Positions 9,180 to 17,481 of a stretch of 33,556 nucleotides of DNA are shown here, one piece after another. The DNA is from Candidatus Portnoybacteria bacterium RBG_19FT_COMBO_36_7 (GTDB taxonomy: Bacteria; Patescibacteriota; Minisyncoccia; Portnoybacterales; GWB1-42-6), in assembly GCA_001819495.1 (NCBI GenBank), contig MHMW01000030.1, positions 1-33,556 of the forward strand, given 5' to 3'. The notes beneath the pieces are model-generated. The model ran no database searches, was not told the DNA's origin, and was given only the letters and a program-made list of their open reading frames with translations. Each line of letters starts with the position of its first letter. The first letter of the stretch is position 1. The position numbers were made by a program, and so were the translations under genes.

Positions 9180-9255
9180 ATTGTGCCCGAGGAGGAAGTT
9201 GCTTTAAACTATGCGCTTGGCGCAAGTACGGGGTAAAAACTCTCATGGATATATG

Positions 9256-9339
9256 TGCCGCGGGAGGGATTTGAACCCTCACGGTCTTTCGACCAGTGGT
9301 TTTTGAGACCACCCTGTATACCAGCTCCAGCACCGCGGC
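9256..9339 (-). tRNA. tRNA-Leu (CAA), CCA not encoded
   Basis: Reverse complement folds as a cloverleaf: acceptor GCCGCGG/CCGCGGC plus discriminator A, anticodon arm GTGGT-CTCAAAA-ACCAC, long variable arm, GTTCAAAT T-loop. Confidence 0.95.
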
Positions 9340-9370
9340 TCACTCTTTATATTATTGGTTGGGCCGCTAT

Positions 9371-9398
9371 TTGTCAATTTAAAAAAATAGCGTATAAT
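9371..9398 (+). promoter_or_regulatory. Sigma70-type promoter of parA, near-leaderless
   Basis: TTGTCA-16-TATAAT ending 8 nt before the ATG. Confidence 0.6.
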
Positions 9399-9406
9399 AT
9401 AGATAA

Positions 9407-10174
9407 ATGGCAAAAATAATCTCTTTTGTTAATCAAAAAGGAGGAGTAGGCAAAACGACTTCGGCAGTGAACTTAGGGGCTTATTTGGCGGCTTTAGGAA
9501 AATATATCTTATTGGTTGATCTTGATCCGCAGGCTAACGCGACAGCCGGTCTTGGCTTTGAGCCAGAAAGCATAGAAAAAAGTTTGTATCATAGCCTGAT
9601 AGGCCAGGTTTCTCCTCATGAGCTGATTAGAAAAACAAATTTATTCGGCTATGAATTAATTCCTTCTTCAGGAGACCTAGCTGGCGCGGCAGTAGAGCTG
9701 GTGCCTCTGCAGGACAGGGAATTCAGGCTCTGGAATTTGCTTCATCAGGTGAGAACCAATTACGATTATGTTATAATTGATTCGCCACCCAGCCTGGGTC
9801 TGTTGACCATCAACGGCCTCGTGGCGGCCGATGAATTAATCATACCGGTCCAGACGGAATATTACGCGCTGGAAGGATTGGGCCAGCTATTAAAAACTGT
9901 GAATCTCATCCAGGAAAATTTGGGCAAGGACTTGAAGATCAAGGGAGCGTTGCTCACTATGCATGACAAGCGCAACAAACTTTCCCGGCAGGTAGCCAAA
10001 GAAGTCCGCCTGCATTTTCCCGGCTATGTTTTTGAAACGCAAATCCCCCGCTGTGTTCGCTTGAGCGAGGCGCCAAGTTTCGGCAAAACTATTTTGCAGC
10101 ATGATCCAATATCTCAGGGCGGCAAAGCATACAGGCAATTAGCAGAGGAGATATTGAAGATGGAATCTAATTAG
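9407..10174 (+). CDS. parA: ParA/Soj chromosome partitioning ATPase
   Basis: NQKGGVGKTT, DLDPQAN, IDSPPSLG and EAPSFG motifs. Confidence 0.97.
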   Translation: MAKIISFVNQKGGVGKTTSAVNLGAYLAALGKYILLVDLDPQANATAGLGFEPESIEKSLYHSLIGQVSPHELIRKTNLFGYELIPSSGDLAGAAVELVPLQDREFRLWNLLHQVRTNYDYVIIDSPPSLGLLTINGLVAADELIIPVQTEYYALEGLGQLLKTVNLIQENLGKDLKIKGALLTMHDKRNKLSRQVAKEVRLHFPGYVFETQIPRCVRLSEAPSFGKTILQHDPISQGGKAYRQLAEEILKMESN

Positions 10175-10260
10175 CGATTCGAATAATCCAAATTTTCATC
10201 CGAATGTTCGGAATTGAAGTCTTTAAGATAATTCGGATGTCATTCGTAGATTAGGATCGC
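10174..10260. repeat. CCGAAT/ATTCGG-type imperfect palindromic element
   Basis: ATCCGAAT (10198-10205) / ATTCGGAT (10231-10238) inside GCGATT / GATCGC. Confidence 0.55.
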
Positions 10261-10271
10261 ATTATAATATT

Positions 10272-11165
10272 ATGCAAAATTTAGGCAAGGGCCTTCATTC
10301 GTTAATTCCTCCAAAATCGGAGCATCACGAAGTTTCTTTTCCCAAAGTGGCTCATCCATTGCGGTTAAAAAAAGAAAGTGTTTTTAATATTGAAATAAAC
10401 AAGATAAGGCCCAATCCTATGCAGCCGCGACAGGAAATGGACAGGGAAGGATTGGAAGAACTGGCCGACTCAATCAAAGAGCATGGTATTCTTCAGCCGT
10501 TGATTGTGACAAAATCTGTCAGGGATATGGAAAAAGGTCAGGATGTTGAATACACTTTGATCGCCGGACACAGAAGGTGGGAGGCGGCCAAGATACTGGG
10601 ACTGCCGCATGTGCCCGCCATCGTCCGCGATTCAACCGAACAGCAAAAACTGGAACTGGCTTTAGTTGAGAATTTGCAGAGAGCCGATCTCAACGCTCTT
10701 GACAAGGCAGGTGCCTTTAAGCGCCTGCACGATGAATTTGACATGACCCATCAGGAAATTGCCCAGAAAGTCGGCAAAAGCAGAGAATCGGTGACCAATA
10801 CTCTCCGTCTGCTTAATTTGCCGGGAGACATTCAGGACGGCTTGAGAGGCGGTAAGATTTCTGAAGGCCATGCCAAAATGCTGGCCGGTTTAAAAAGCCC
10901 CCAGACACAAAGAGCATTGTATGACGAAATAGTTCAGAACAACTTAAGCGTTAGACAAGTTGAGCAAAGAACCCGGGAGATTTCGGTTTCGGCACACAAA
11001 CGAAAAGTATTTCACGACCCGGAAATAAAAAAATATGCCGGCGATCTGACAGCATATCTTGGCTACAAAACCGATATTAAGCGCTCGGGCTTGGGCGGGA
11101 CAGTGATGATAAGATTCAGTGAAAAAGAAGATTTGGAGAAAGTGATGAAAAAAATTATCAAATAG
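10272..11165 (+). CDS. parB: ParB/Spo0J partition protein
   Basis: PNPMQPR, GILQPLIV, IAGHRR, LVENLQRADL and an HTH region. Confidence 0.97.
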   Translation: MQNLGKGLHSLIPPKSEHHEVSFPKVAHPLRLKKESVFNIEINKIRPNPMQPRQEMDREGLEELADSIKEHGILQPLIVTKSVRDMEKGQDVEYTLIAGHRRWEAAKILGLPHVPAIVRDSTEQQKLELALVENLQRADLNALDKAGAFKRLHDEFDMTHQEIAQKVGKSRESVTNTLRLLNLPGDIQDGLRGGKISEGHAKMLAGLKSPQTQRALYDEIVQNNLSVRQVEQRTREISVSAHKRKVFHDPEIKKYAGDLTAYLGYKTDIKRSGLGGTVMIRFSEKEDLEKVMKKIIK

Positions 11166-11234
11166 CGATTCCAATATCCGAACATATCCGAATGCCCGGA
11201 ATAAAAAATTTGGATAATTCAGGTGAAATTTGGT
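11166..11234. repeat. Second CCGAAT-type element
   Basis: Starts like the parA-downstream copy (TAGCGATT) and contains tandem ATATCCGAAC ATATCCGAAT. Confidence 0.5.
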
Positions 11235-12983
11235 TCATTCTGGTCGCTGCTGGCTTTTCCAAGACACCGGAATCAGTCTTTCGGTGTTTTTAATTTTTTT
11301 AATATTCTGGCATTCGGCTTTATGCACCGAAACGCCGCGGTTAAGGGTGATATAGCCCTGGATTTTATCGCTCGGTTTTGGGTTGCAGCATTTAGCAAAA
11401 AAAGTCATTATTTTTGTTTCGCCCTTGATTTCAACTTCAGGAGGAGCGGGGATTTTGACAATAGGCAGTTTTTGTTTAGTTTCTTTGAATTCCGGTTTTG
11501 CCTCTTCTGCTTTTAACGCTTCTTCTGTTTTACTTTTTCTGAACCATTCTTTTATTTTACTTTTAGCCACGCTTGTTTTAGCAATCCTTAACCAGTCCTG
11601 TGATGGCTTTTCTTCTTTTTTGGTCAGAATTTCGACCATTTGTCCGTTTGCCAGCGGCTGGTCAAGAGAAACCATTTTCCCGTCTATTTTGGCGCCTAAG
11701 CAGCGGTGGCCGATGGAAGTATGAATATGATAAGCAAAATCAAGCGGCGTGGCTCCTTCCGGCAGGTCAATAACATCGCCTTTGGGAGTCAGGATAAATA
11801 TCCTGTCTTTAAAAAAATCAATTTTGAGCAGCTGGAAAAACTCTCCTGAACCCGGCGGATATTCTTTCTGCCATTTCTGCAGGTCACTGATCCATTTCAG
11901 TTCTTTTTCCGGAGGCTTGGTTAAAAGTCTTTTGATATAGGCCTTGAGTCCTTTTTGTTCGGAATAATACCAATGGGCGGCAATACCGTATTCTGCTTCG
12001 TGGTACATTTCTGAAGTCTTTATCTGAAATTCGGTGATTTTGCCATCGGGGCAGAAAACGGTCGTATGAAGAGAACGGTAGCCGTTTGGTTTGGGCAGGG
12101 CGATATAGTCTTTGATGCGGCCAGGCAGCGGCTTCCAGAGCTTGTGAATTACTCCCATGGCTCCGTAGCAGTCATCAATGTTTTTGACGATGATGCGCAG
12201 AGCGACCAGATCATATATTTTATTTAAATCCATATCGTAGCGCTGGAGTTTGCGATAAAGGCTGAAATATCGTTTGGCGCGGGAGTGGATTTCTATCGGA
12301 AAAATGTCGGCTTTTTTCAGCGCCTTTTCAACCATGGCTGTGATTTTTTTCAGATATTTTTCTCGTTCTTCATATTCATCGCGAACTTGGCTGATTAACC
12401 ATTCGTATTCTTTGGGATAGACGATCGGGAAGGCGAGGTCTTCTAGGTCTCCTGAAATTTTTCTCATACCCAGGCGATAGGCGATTGGCGCATAGATTTC
12501 CAGAGTTTCGCTGGCCAGTCTTTTTTGCTTTTGTTTGTCAAAGACGCCGATTGTCTTTAGGCTATGAAAGCGATTGACCAGTTTTATTATTACGACTCTA
12601 ATATCTTTGGCCGTCGCCAAAAATAACTTTCTTAAGTTTTCAATGCTGCGAGCCGCTCCTTTGTGCTCAACTTTTCCGACATTTGTCACTCCTTCAACCA
12701 AAGACACAATTTCTTCGCCAAATTCTTTTTTTAGCTCCTGGTGGGTAATATTAATCTTTTCAATCGCTTCATGAAGGATACCCGCCGCCACCACAACCGT
12801 CCCCAGTTTTATTTCAGATAAAGCCAGAGCAATTTCACAGCAATGATCAAGGAGGGTCTGCCCGGAAAGTCTTTTTTTGTCGCCGTAAATTTTTTGGCCA
12901 TAATCAAAAGCACGAATAATCAGTTCGCGATTCAATTCGGGGTTGCGCTCTTCTATTTTTTTAATGAATTCGTCTTTTGTCAT
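11235..12983 (-). CDS. relA: Long RelA/SpoT homologue (degenerate HD, synthetase, TGS, Zn finger; no ACT domain)
   Basis: RAKRYFSLYRK, DLVALRI, KDYIALPKPNGYRSLHT, EFQIKT, TGS (FTPKG-like, DFAYHIHT..G) and AKCCNP motifs. Confidence 0.92.
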   Translation of the reverse strand: MTKDEFIKKIEERNPELNRELIIRAFDYGQKIYGDKKRLSGQTLLDHCCEIALALSEIKLGTVVVAAGILHEAIEKINITHQELKKEFGEEIVSLVEGVTNVGKVEHKGAARSIENLRKLFLATAKDIRVVIIKLVNRFHSLKTIGVFDKQKQKRLASETLEIYAPIAYRLGMRKISGDLEDLAFPIVYPKEYEWLISQVRDEYEEREKYLKKITAMVEKALKKADIFPIEIHSRAKRYFSLYRKLQRYDMDLNKIYDLVALRIIVKNIDDCYGAMGVIHKLWKPLPGRIKDYIALPKPNGYRSLHTTVFCPDGKITEFQIKTSEMYHEAEYGIAAHWYYSEQKGLKAYIKRLLTKPPEKELKWISDLQKWQKEYPPGSGEFFQLLKIDFFKDRIFILTPKGDVIDLPEGATPLDFAYHIHTSIGHRCLGAKIDGKMVSLDQPLANGQMVEILTKKEEKPSQDWLRIAKTSVAKSKIKEWFRKSKTEEALKAEEAKPEFKETKQKLPIVKIPAPPEVEIKGETKIMTFFAKCCNPKPSDKIQGYITLNRGVSVHKAECQNIKKIKNTERLIPVSWKSQQRPE

Positions 12984-13015
12984 ATATTCAGCTTGTTTGT
13001 CCTTTAAAGGATTGA

Positions 13016-13120
13016 CCCAGTTAGAAGTTTGTCTCTAGGCTATTTATTTTATAATGGAAAGCCACAGGTGATTCGCCGAGAAACTACGATCATTTTTATG
13101 CTTCGCTGAACTTCTAGCGG
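13016..13120. repeat. Inverted-repeat-bounded element of the CCCGTTAG/CTAACGGG type
   Basis: CCCAGTTAGAAGTT ... AACTTCTAGCGG; arms resemble those of 23838-23918. Confidence 0.45.
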
Positions 13121-13122
13121 AG

Positions 13123-13150
13123 TTGACAATTAAGATTATAAGAGTATTAT
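13123..13150 (+). promoter_or_regulatory. Sigma70-type promoter
   Basis: TTGACA-16-TATTAT upstream of the NUDIX gene. Confidence 0.65.
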
Positions 13151-13244
13151 TACAGTTAATCAATTAAAAGAAAGGAGGGTCAAAAAGTTCTTTTTATTTT
13201 ATTTTTTATGGTCTGAGACGCTAAAAAAAAGGAGATGAGGCTAA

Positions 13245-13760
13245 ATGGAAGAAACCAAAAGAGTCTATGCCGCATTGGTAGCTGCCGGATTGATAATGGG
13301 TCCTGACAGCAAGCTGCTGTTAGTTGAAAAAAGAAGCAGATTGACCTTGCCCACCGGCCATATGGATTCGGAAAAAGACAGAAATTTAGAAGATGCACTT
13401 GTCAGAGAGATGAAAGAAGAGATAAAAGATAAAGCAGGACGGGGAATAGAAGTTAATGTTATGGGCTCTTTGGGCACAATGGTTCGCAATAAGGATACTG
13501 TAAAATCTAAGTTGATTGAGATTTTCCGTTGTGCTATCAATTTGAGCGAAATATGTTTTGAAGAGAAAGGGGAGACTAATTTTTTCTGGGTTGATGTTGA
13601 TGACGCTCTGGGCATTGAGAATCTTGACGACTTGGCTCGGGAAGCAATCCAGAGGCTGATCAATTATTTAAAAGGACACATTTCTTTTAGAATCGTAAAC
13701 GGAGGCGATTATGAGGAGGGAAGAGAACTTGAAGACGAGCAGGAATTCAACGAGTATTAA
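13245..13760 (+). CDS. NUDIX hydrolase
   Basis: Nudix box variant LPTGHMDSEKDRNLEDALVREMKEEI; SD-like AAGGAG upstream. Confidence 0.85.
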   Translation: MEETKRVYAALVAAGLIMGPDSKLLLVEKRSRLTLPTGHMDSEKDRNLEDALVREMKEEIKDKAGRGIEVNVMGSLGTMVRNKDTVKSKLIEIFRCAINLSEICFEEKGETNFFWVDVDDALGIENLDDLAREAIQRLINYLKGHISFRIVNGGDYEEGRELEDEQEFNEY

Positions 13761-13858
13761 ATGTTTCGGACAATTTTTAAAAATCCCAAAATCTGTCTCA
13801 GACCATTATCGGCCTCGTTTTAGTCGGTCATATTTTATTAAAGACCAGAAAATCAAGA

Positions 13859-16039
13859 CTAAACCGAGGCTTTTCTTTTTTCCTGATAGCCGCATTTTTT
13901 GTCAGAGCACTTTATTGTTCCGTTTTTTGTTGTAATTAAAAGCAGGCCGCACTGAGGGCACATTTGGCCGGTCGGCTTATCCCAGAGGGCAAATTTGCAA
14001 TCCGGGTAGATAGAGCAGGCATAGAAAATTTTGCCGCGGCGGGTCCGTTTTTCATGAATATGCCCCTGGCCGCATTCAGGGCAGGTTATTCCGGTAGAGT
14101 TGGCGATGCTTTCGGTGTGGCGGCATTTGGGGAAGTCCGAGCAGGCATAGAATCGGCCAAAACGGCTTGTTCTGATAACCAGCGGCTTGCCGCATTTGGG
14201 GCAGGTTTTATCGGTTGGTTCTGGTTCCGGTTTTTGTTTTTCAACCTCTTCGTATTTTTTGGCCAGATGAGCGCTGAACGGATCATAGAATTCTTTTATT
14301 ACCGGCTGCCATTTTTTTTGGCCTTCGGCAATGTGATCCAGCTCTTCTTCGATGAGCGCCGTAAATTTCAGGTCAACAATTTCTGGAAAATGTTCAACGA
14401 GCATGTCGTTGACCGAGAAGCCGATATCAGTCGGAAAGAATTTTCTTTTCTCGTCCTTCTGGACGTAATTTCTATCCTGAATGGTTGAGATGATGGGAGC
14501 GTAGGTTGAAGGCCGGCCGATGCCGTTCTCTTCAAGCACCTTGATCAGGGTCGCTTCAGAATATCGGGCCGGCGGCTGGGTGAAATGCTGGGCAGACATC
14601 AGTTTTTTTAGATCCAGGACCTCATCTTTTTGGAGCGGCGGCAGGTCAGCTTCCTTGAATTTCATCGGATAAATTTTCAAGAACCCGTCAAATTTCAACA
14701 TTTGGCCCGAGGCGCGGAAAATGAAATCTTTGGCCGCAATATCAACGGTAGTTGAATCAAAGACAGCCTGTGCCATCTGCGAAGCGATGAATCTTTTCCA
14801 GATGAGGTTATAGAGCTTGGCAATATTTTCTTCCGAATGCTTTGAATAATCCAGCTTTGTTTTTATGTTGGTGGCGGCCGCGACATCAGGATCGGTCGGG
14901 CGGATCGCCTCATGCGCTTCCTGGGCGCCTTTTGATTTCGTTTTAAATTTTCTCAAATAACCAGCCCAGTATTTTTCGCCGTAATTTTCAATTATGAATT
15001 TTTTGGCGGCAAAAAGCGATTGCTCCGAAAGATTTAAAGAATCGGTGCGGTGATAGGTGATAAGGCCGTTTTCATAAAGCGTCTGGGCCAGCGACATGGT
15101 CAGCTTGGCCGAAAAATGCAATTTCTGCCAGGCTTCTTGCTGCATAGTGCTGGTGGTGAACGCAGGCAAGGGATTTCTATTGGTCTCTTTTTTTTCAATC
15201 TCGGCGATCTGATATTTGGCGCCTTCCAGGTCTTTTAAAATTTTGTCGGCGTTTTCTTTTGTTTTGATGTCAAATTTGCCGATTGTCTCGCTGCCCTTTT
15301 TTATCAGGGTGGCAATAAATTCTTTATTTTCTTGTGTTTCGGTTTTGTGATTTGGATTTTGTGATTTATTTGGAAATTGGAAATTAGAAATTGGAAATTT
15401 TCGAAGCATTGCTTCGATTGACCAATATTCTTCGGGCTTGAAATCTTTGATCTCCCGTTCACGCTCGACTATCAGGCGCACGGCCACTGATTGCACCCTG
15501 CCGGCCGAAAGCCCCTTGGCGATCTTTTTCCATAAAAATGGCGATAATTTATAGCCGACCAGCCGGTCAAGAACGCGCCTGGCCTGCTGGGCGTCAACCA
15601 GGTCCATATCAAGCTGGCGGGGATTTTTTAACGCTTCTTCTATGGCGGATTTTGTGATTTCATGAAAAACGATTCTTTGAACGTCTACGGGCGACCGACT
15701 ACGGTCTACGGCTTTTTCTGGTGATAGACGGTCGTCGGTAGTCGTCAGTCCGAGCACCTGAGCCAGGTGCCAAGCAATAGCTTCTCCTTCGCGGTCTTCG
15801 TCGGTGGCCAGTATGATTTTGGATGCTTTTTGTAAAGATTTTTTTATGGGAGTCAGCCTTTTGCGCGCTACCAACGGCACAACGTATTTTGGCTCAAAAT
15901 TATTTTCAACATCAATGCCAAGTTCTTTTCTGGGCAGGTCGCGGATATGGCCGTAGGAAGACAAAACAGAATATTCCTTGTTCAGGAATTTGGCGATGGT
16001 GCGGGCTTTGGTTGGAGATTCGACGATAATGAGGTTCAC
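13859..16039 (-). CDS. topA: DNA topoisomerase I with C-terminal Zn ribbons
   Basis: IVESPTKA, ATDEDREGEAI, SAGRVQ, ITYHRTDS and AQEAHEAIRPT motifs; CxxC ribbons. Confidence 0.99.
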   Translation of the reverse strand: MNLIIVESPTKARTIAKFLNKEYSVLSSYGHIRDLPRKELGIDVENNFEPKYVVPLVARKRLTPIKKSLQKASKIILATDEDREGEAIAWHLAQVLGLTTTDDRLSPEKAVDRSRSPVDVQRIVFHEITKSAIEEALKNPRQLDMDLVDAQQARRVLDRLVGYKLSPFLWKKIAKGLSAGRVQSVAVRLIVEREREIKDFKPEEYWSIEAMLRKFPISNFQFPNKSQNPNHKTETQENKEFIATLIKKGSETIGKFDIKTKENADKILKDLEGAKYQIAEIEKKETNRNPLPAFTTSTMQQEAWQKLHFSAKLTMSLAQTLYENGLITYHRTDSLNLSEQSLFAAKKFIIENYGEKYWAGYLRKFKTKSKGAQEAHEAIRPTDPDVAAATNIKTKLDYSKHSEENIAKLYNLIWKRFIASQMAQAVFDSTTVDIAAKDFIFRASGQMLKFDGFLKIYPMKFKEADLPPLQKDEVLDLKKLMSAQHFTQPPARYSEATLIKVLEENGIGRPSTYAPIISTIQDRNYVQKDEKRKFFPTDIGFSVNDMLVEHFPEIVDLKFTALIEEELDHIAEGQKKWQPVIKEFYDPFSAHLAKKYEEVEKQKPEPEPTDKTCPKCGKPLVIRTSRFGRFYACSDFPKCRHTESIANSTGITCPECGQGHIHEKRTRRGKIFYACSIYPDCKFALWDKPTGQMCPQCGLLLITTKNGTIKCSDKKCGYQEKRKASV
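15330..15402 (-). repeat. Heptamer array in-frame in topA
   Basis: Sense strand AATTTCC AATTTCT AATTTCC AATTTCC AAAT..CACAAAA TCCAAAT CACAAAA; encodes KFPISNFQFPNKSQNPNHKTETQ. Confidence 0.8.
15681..15750 (-). repeat. GC-richer heptamer palindromic element in-frame in topA
   Basis: Imperfect inverted arms CGACCGACTACGGTCTA / TAGACGGTCGTCGGTAGTCG; encodes TTTDDRLSPEKAVDRSRSPVD between AWHLAQVLG and QRIVFHEIT. Confidence 0.7.
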
Positions 16040-16103
16040 AATTTTATAATTTTTAATTTTATAATTTTTAAATAAATCTTAATTTTTAAAACGTTTAAAA
16101 ATT
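16040..16103. repeat. AT-rich heptamer/palindrome element
   Basis: Shares TCTTAATTTTTAAA(A)CGTTTAAAAATT with 26766-26791. Confidence 0.65.
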
Positions 16104-17198
16104 TTATCTGGCTAAAATATAGTTCATCCCTCCCATATTTTTTATTTTTCCTTTAATTTCCATCAAGCTCAATGTTGCGTTGACCGTGGCGGTGTCCATT
16201 TTAGTATCGTTCACGATTTTGTCAATATGGGCGGGTTCATCGCCCAGTATCTGCAGGATTTTTGCTTCTTCTTCATTGTCGGGCAGAATTTCCCGAATTT
16301 GTATCTGTTCGGTCAGATTTCTGAGATTGAGTTCGTCTAAAATATCCTGGCTGCCCAGAACCAATTTTGCACCCATTTTTATCAGATTATTTGGTCCGGC
16401 CGAAGTCTGAGAATAAATTGGGCCGGGAATGGCAAAGATTTCGCGGTTTTGCTCCAGCGCATGAGCAGCAGTAATAAGGGCGCCGGATTTTTCTTTGGCT
16501 TCAACAACAAGCGTGCCCAGCGACAAGCCGCTGATAACCCTGTTGCGGGCGTGAAAATGATGTTTGAGCGCCGGGCAGCCAATCGGATATTCGGAAATAA
16601 CGGCGCCATTCTCTGAAATCTGCTGGGCCAGTTTTCTGTTTGAAGGCGGGTATATTGCCGGTTCGTCAATTCCCGAACCGACAACGGCGATTGTTCTTTT
16701 ATTATTCTGTAGCGCCGCCAGATGGGCAATGGAATCAATGCCCCGCGCCAGGCCCGAAATAATTGTCAGGCCTGCCTGAGCGATTTGTCCGGCCAGGTGC
16801 GAGGCGGCCTGTTGGCCGTAGACAGAAGGCATGCGCGTGCCAACAATAGCCAGCGCTTTCTCGTCTTGCGGGACAAAACCGCCTCTTACATATAATATAG
16901 GAGGCGGGTCATATATCTCTTTTAAGAGTCTGGGATAATTCTCGTCTAAAATAGTGACGACGTCTATTTTATGCGAAAGAACTTTTTCAAGTTCCTTATC
17001 AGGTTCAATATTAATACGCCCGGCGCAAAATTCTGTGACAATGTTTTCTTCCAGGCCGGCATTTATTAACTCTGAAGCTTGGGCGTTCCAGGCATTTTGG
17101 AGCGTCCCGAAAAAATTCAGCAGCTTTTTTATTCTCTGCGGTCCGATATGCTCATGGGATTGATTAAAGGCGACAAAATATTTCGTTTGCTCGTGCAT
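16104..17198 (-). CDS. dprA: DNA-processing protein DprA
   Basis: YP..LKEIYDPPPILY, AIVGTR, ISGLARGIDS, RNRVISGLS, SGALITA and a C-terminal winged helix; start trimmed to ATG at 17198. Confidence 0.97.
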   Translation of the reverse strand: MHEQTKYFVAFNQSHEHIGPQRIKKLLNFFGTLQNAWNAQASELINAGLEENIVTEFCAGRINIEPDKELEKVLSHKIDVVTILDENYPRLLKEIYDPPPILYVRGGFVPQDEKALAIVGTRMPSVYGQQAASHLAGQIAQAGLTIISGLARGIDSIAHLAALQNNKRTIAVVGSGIDEPAIYPPSNRKLAQQISENGAVISEYPIGCPALKHHFHARNRVISGLSLGTLVVEAKEKSGALITAAHALEQNREIFAIPGPIYSQTSAGPNNLIKMGAKLVLGSQDILDELNLRNLTEQIQIREILPDNEEEAKILQILGDEPAHIDKIVNDTKMDTATVNATLSLMEIKGKIKNMGGMNYILAR

Positions 17199-17346
17199 AT
17201 ATAAAACACGAAGGAAACGAATATTACACGAAAAAAACAAAAAAATTAGTTAAATTCGTGTTTTATTAGTTATCTTAGTGTTTGTTCTTTTTAATATAGC
17301 ATTTTAAAAGAACAGCGACAAATTTGACATTGGAGAATTCCCTTGT

Positions 17347-17380
17347 GTCACATTTTTGTGCGATCGCACAAAAGTGTGAC
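17347..17380. repeat. 34-bp near-perfect palindrome
   Basis: GTCACATTTTTGTGCGATCGCACAAAAGTGTGAC (one mismatch); related sequence at 21891-21916. Confidence 0.75.
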
Positions 17381-17481
17381 GGGGAAAAATATTTTTTTAT
17401 TTTTTCCATCGTCTCTTCTGGACTAGGCAATCTTTTGGAGCCATCTTGTAATTCAGCCAATTTTTGATAAAATATAAAAAT

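Noticed and set aside
9182-9255. Second intact tRNA
   Set aside because: Only a 3'-end-like fragment is present; there is no 5' acceptor strand, D arm or GTTC T-loop.
9340-11234. Canonical parS site near parAB
   Set aside because: No match to TGTTTCACGTGAAACA found by eye here or elsewhere in the window.
17275-17460. 61-aa minus-strand ORF as an intact gene
   Set aside because: It reads through the 34-bp palindrome, has a TTG start crowding the arsM start and lacks a family motif; at most its first half is a gene remnant.
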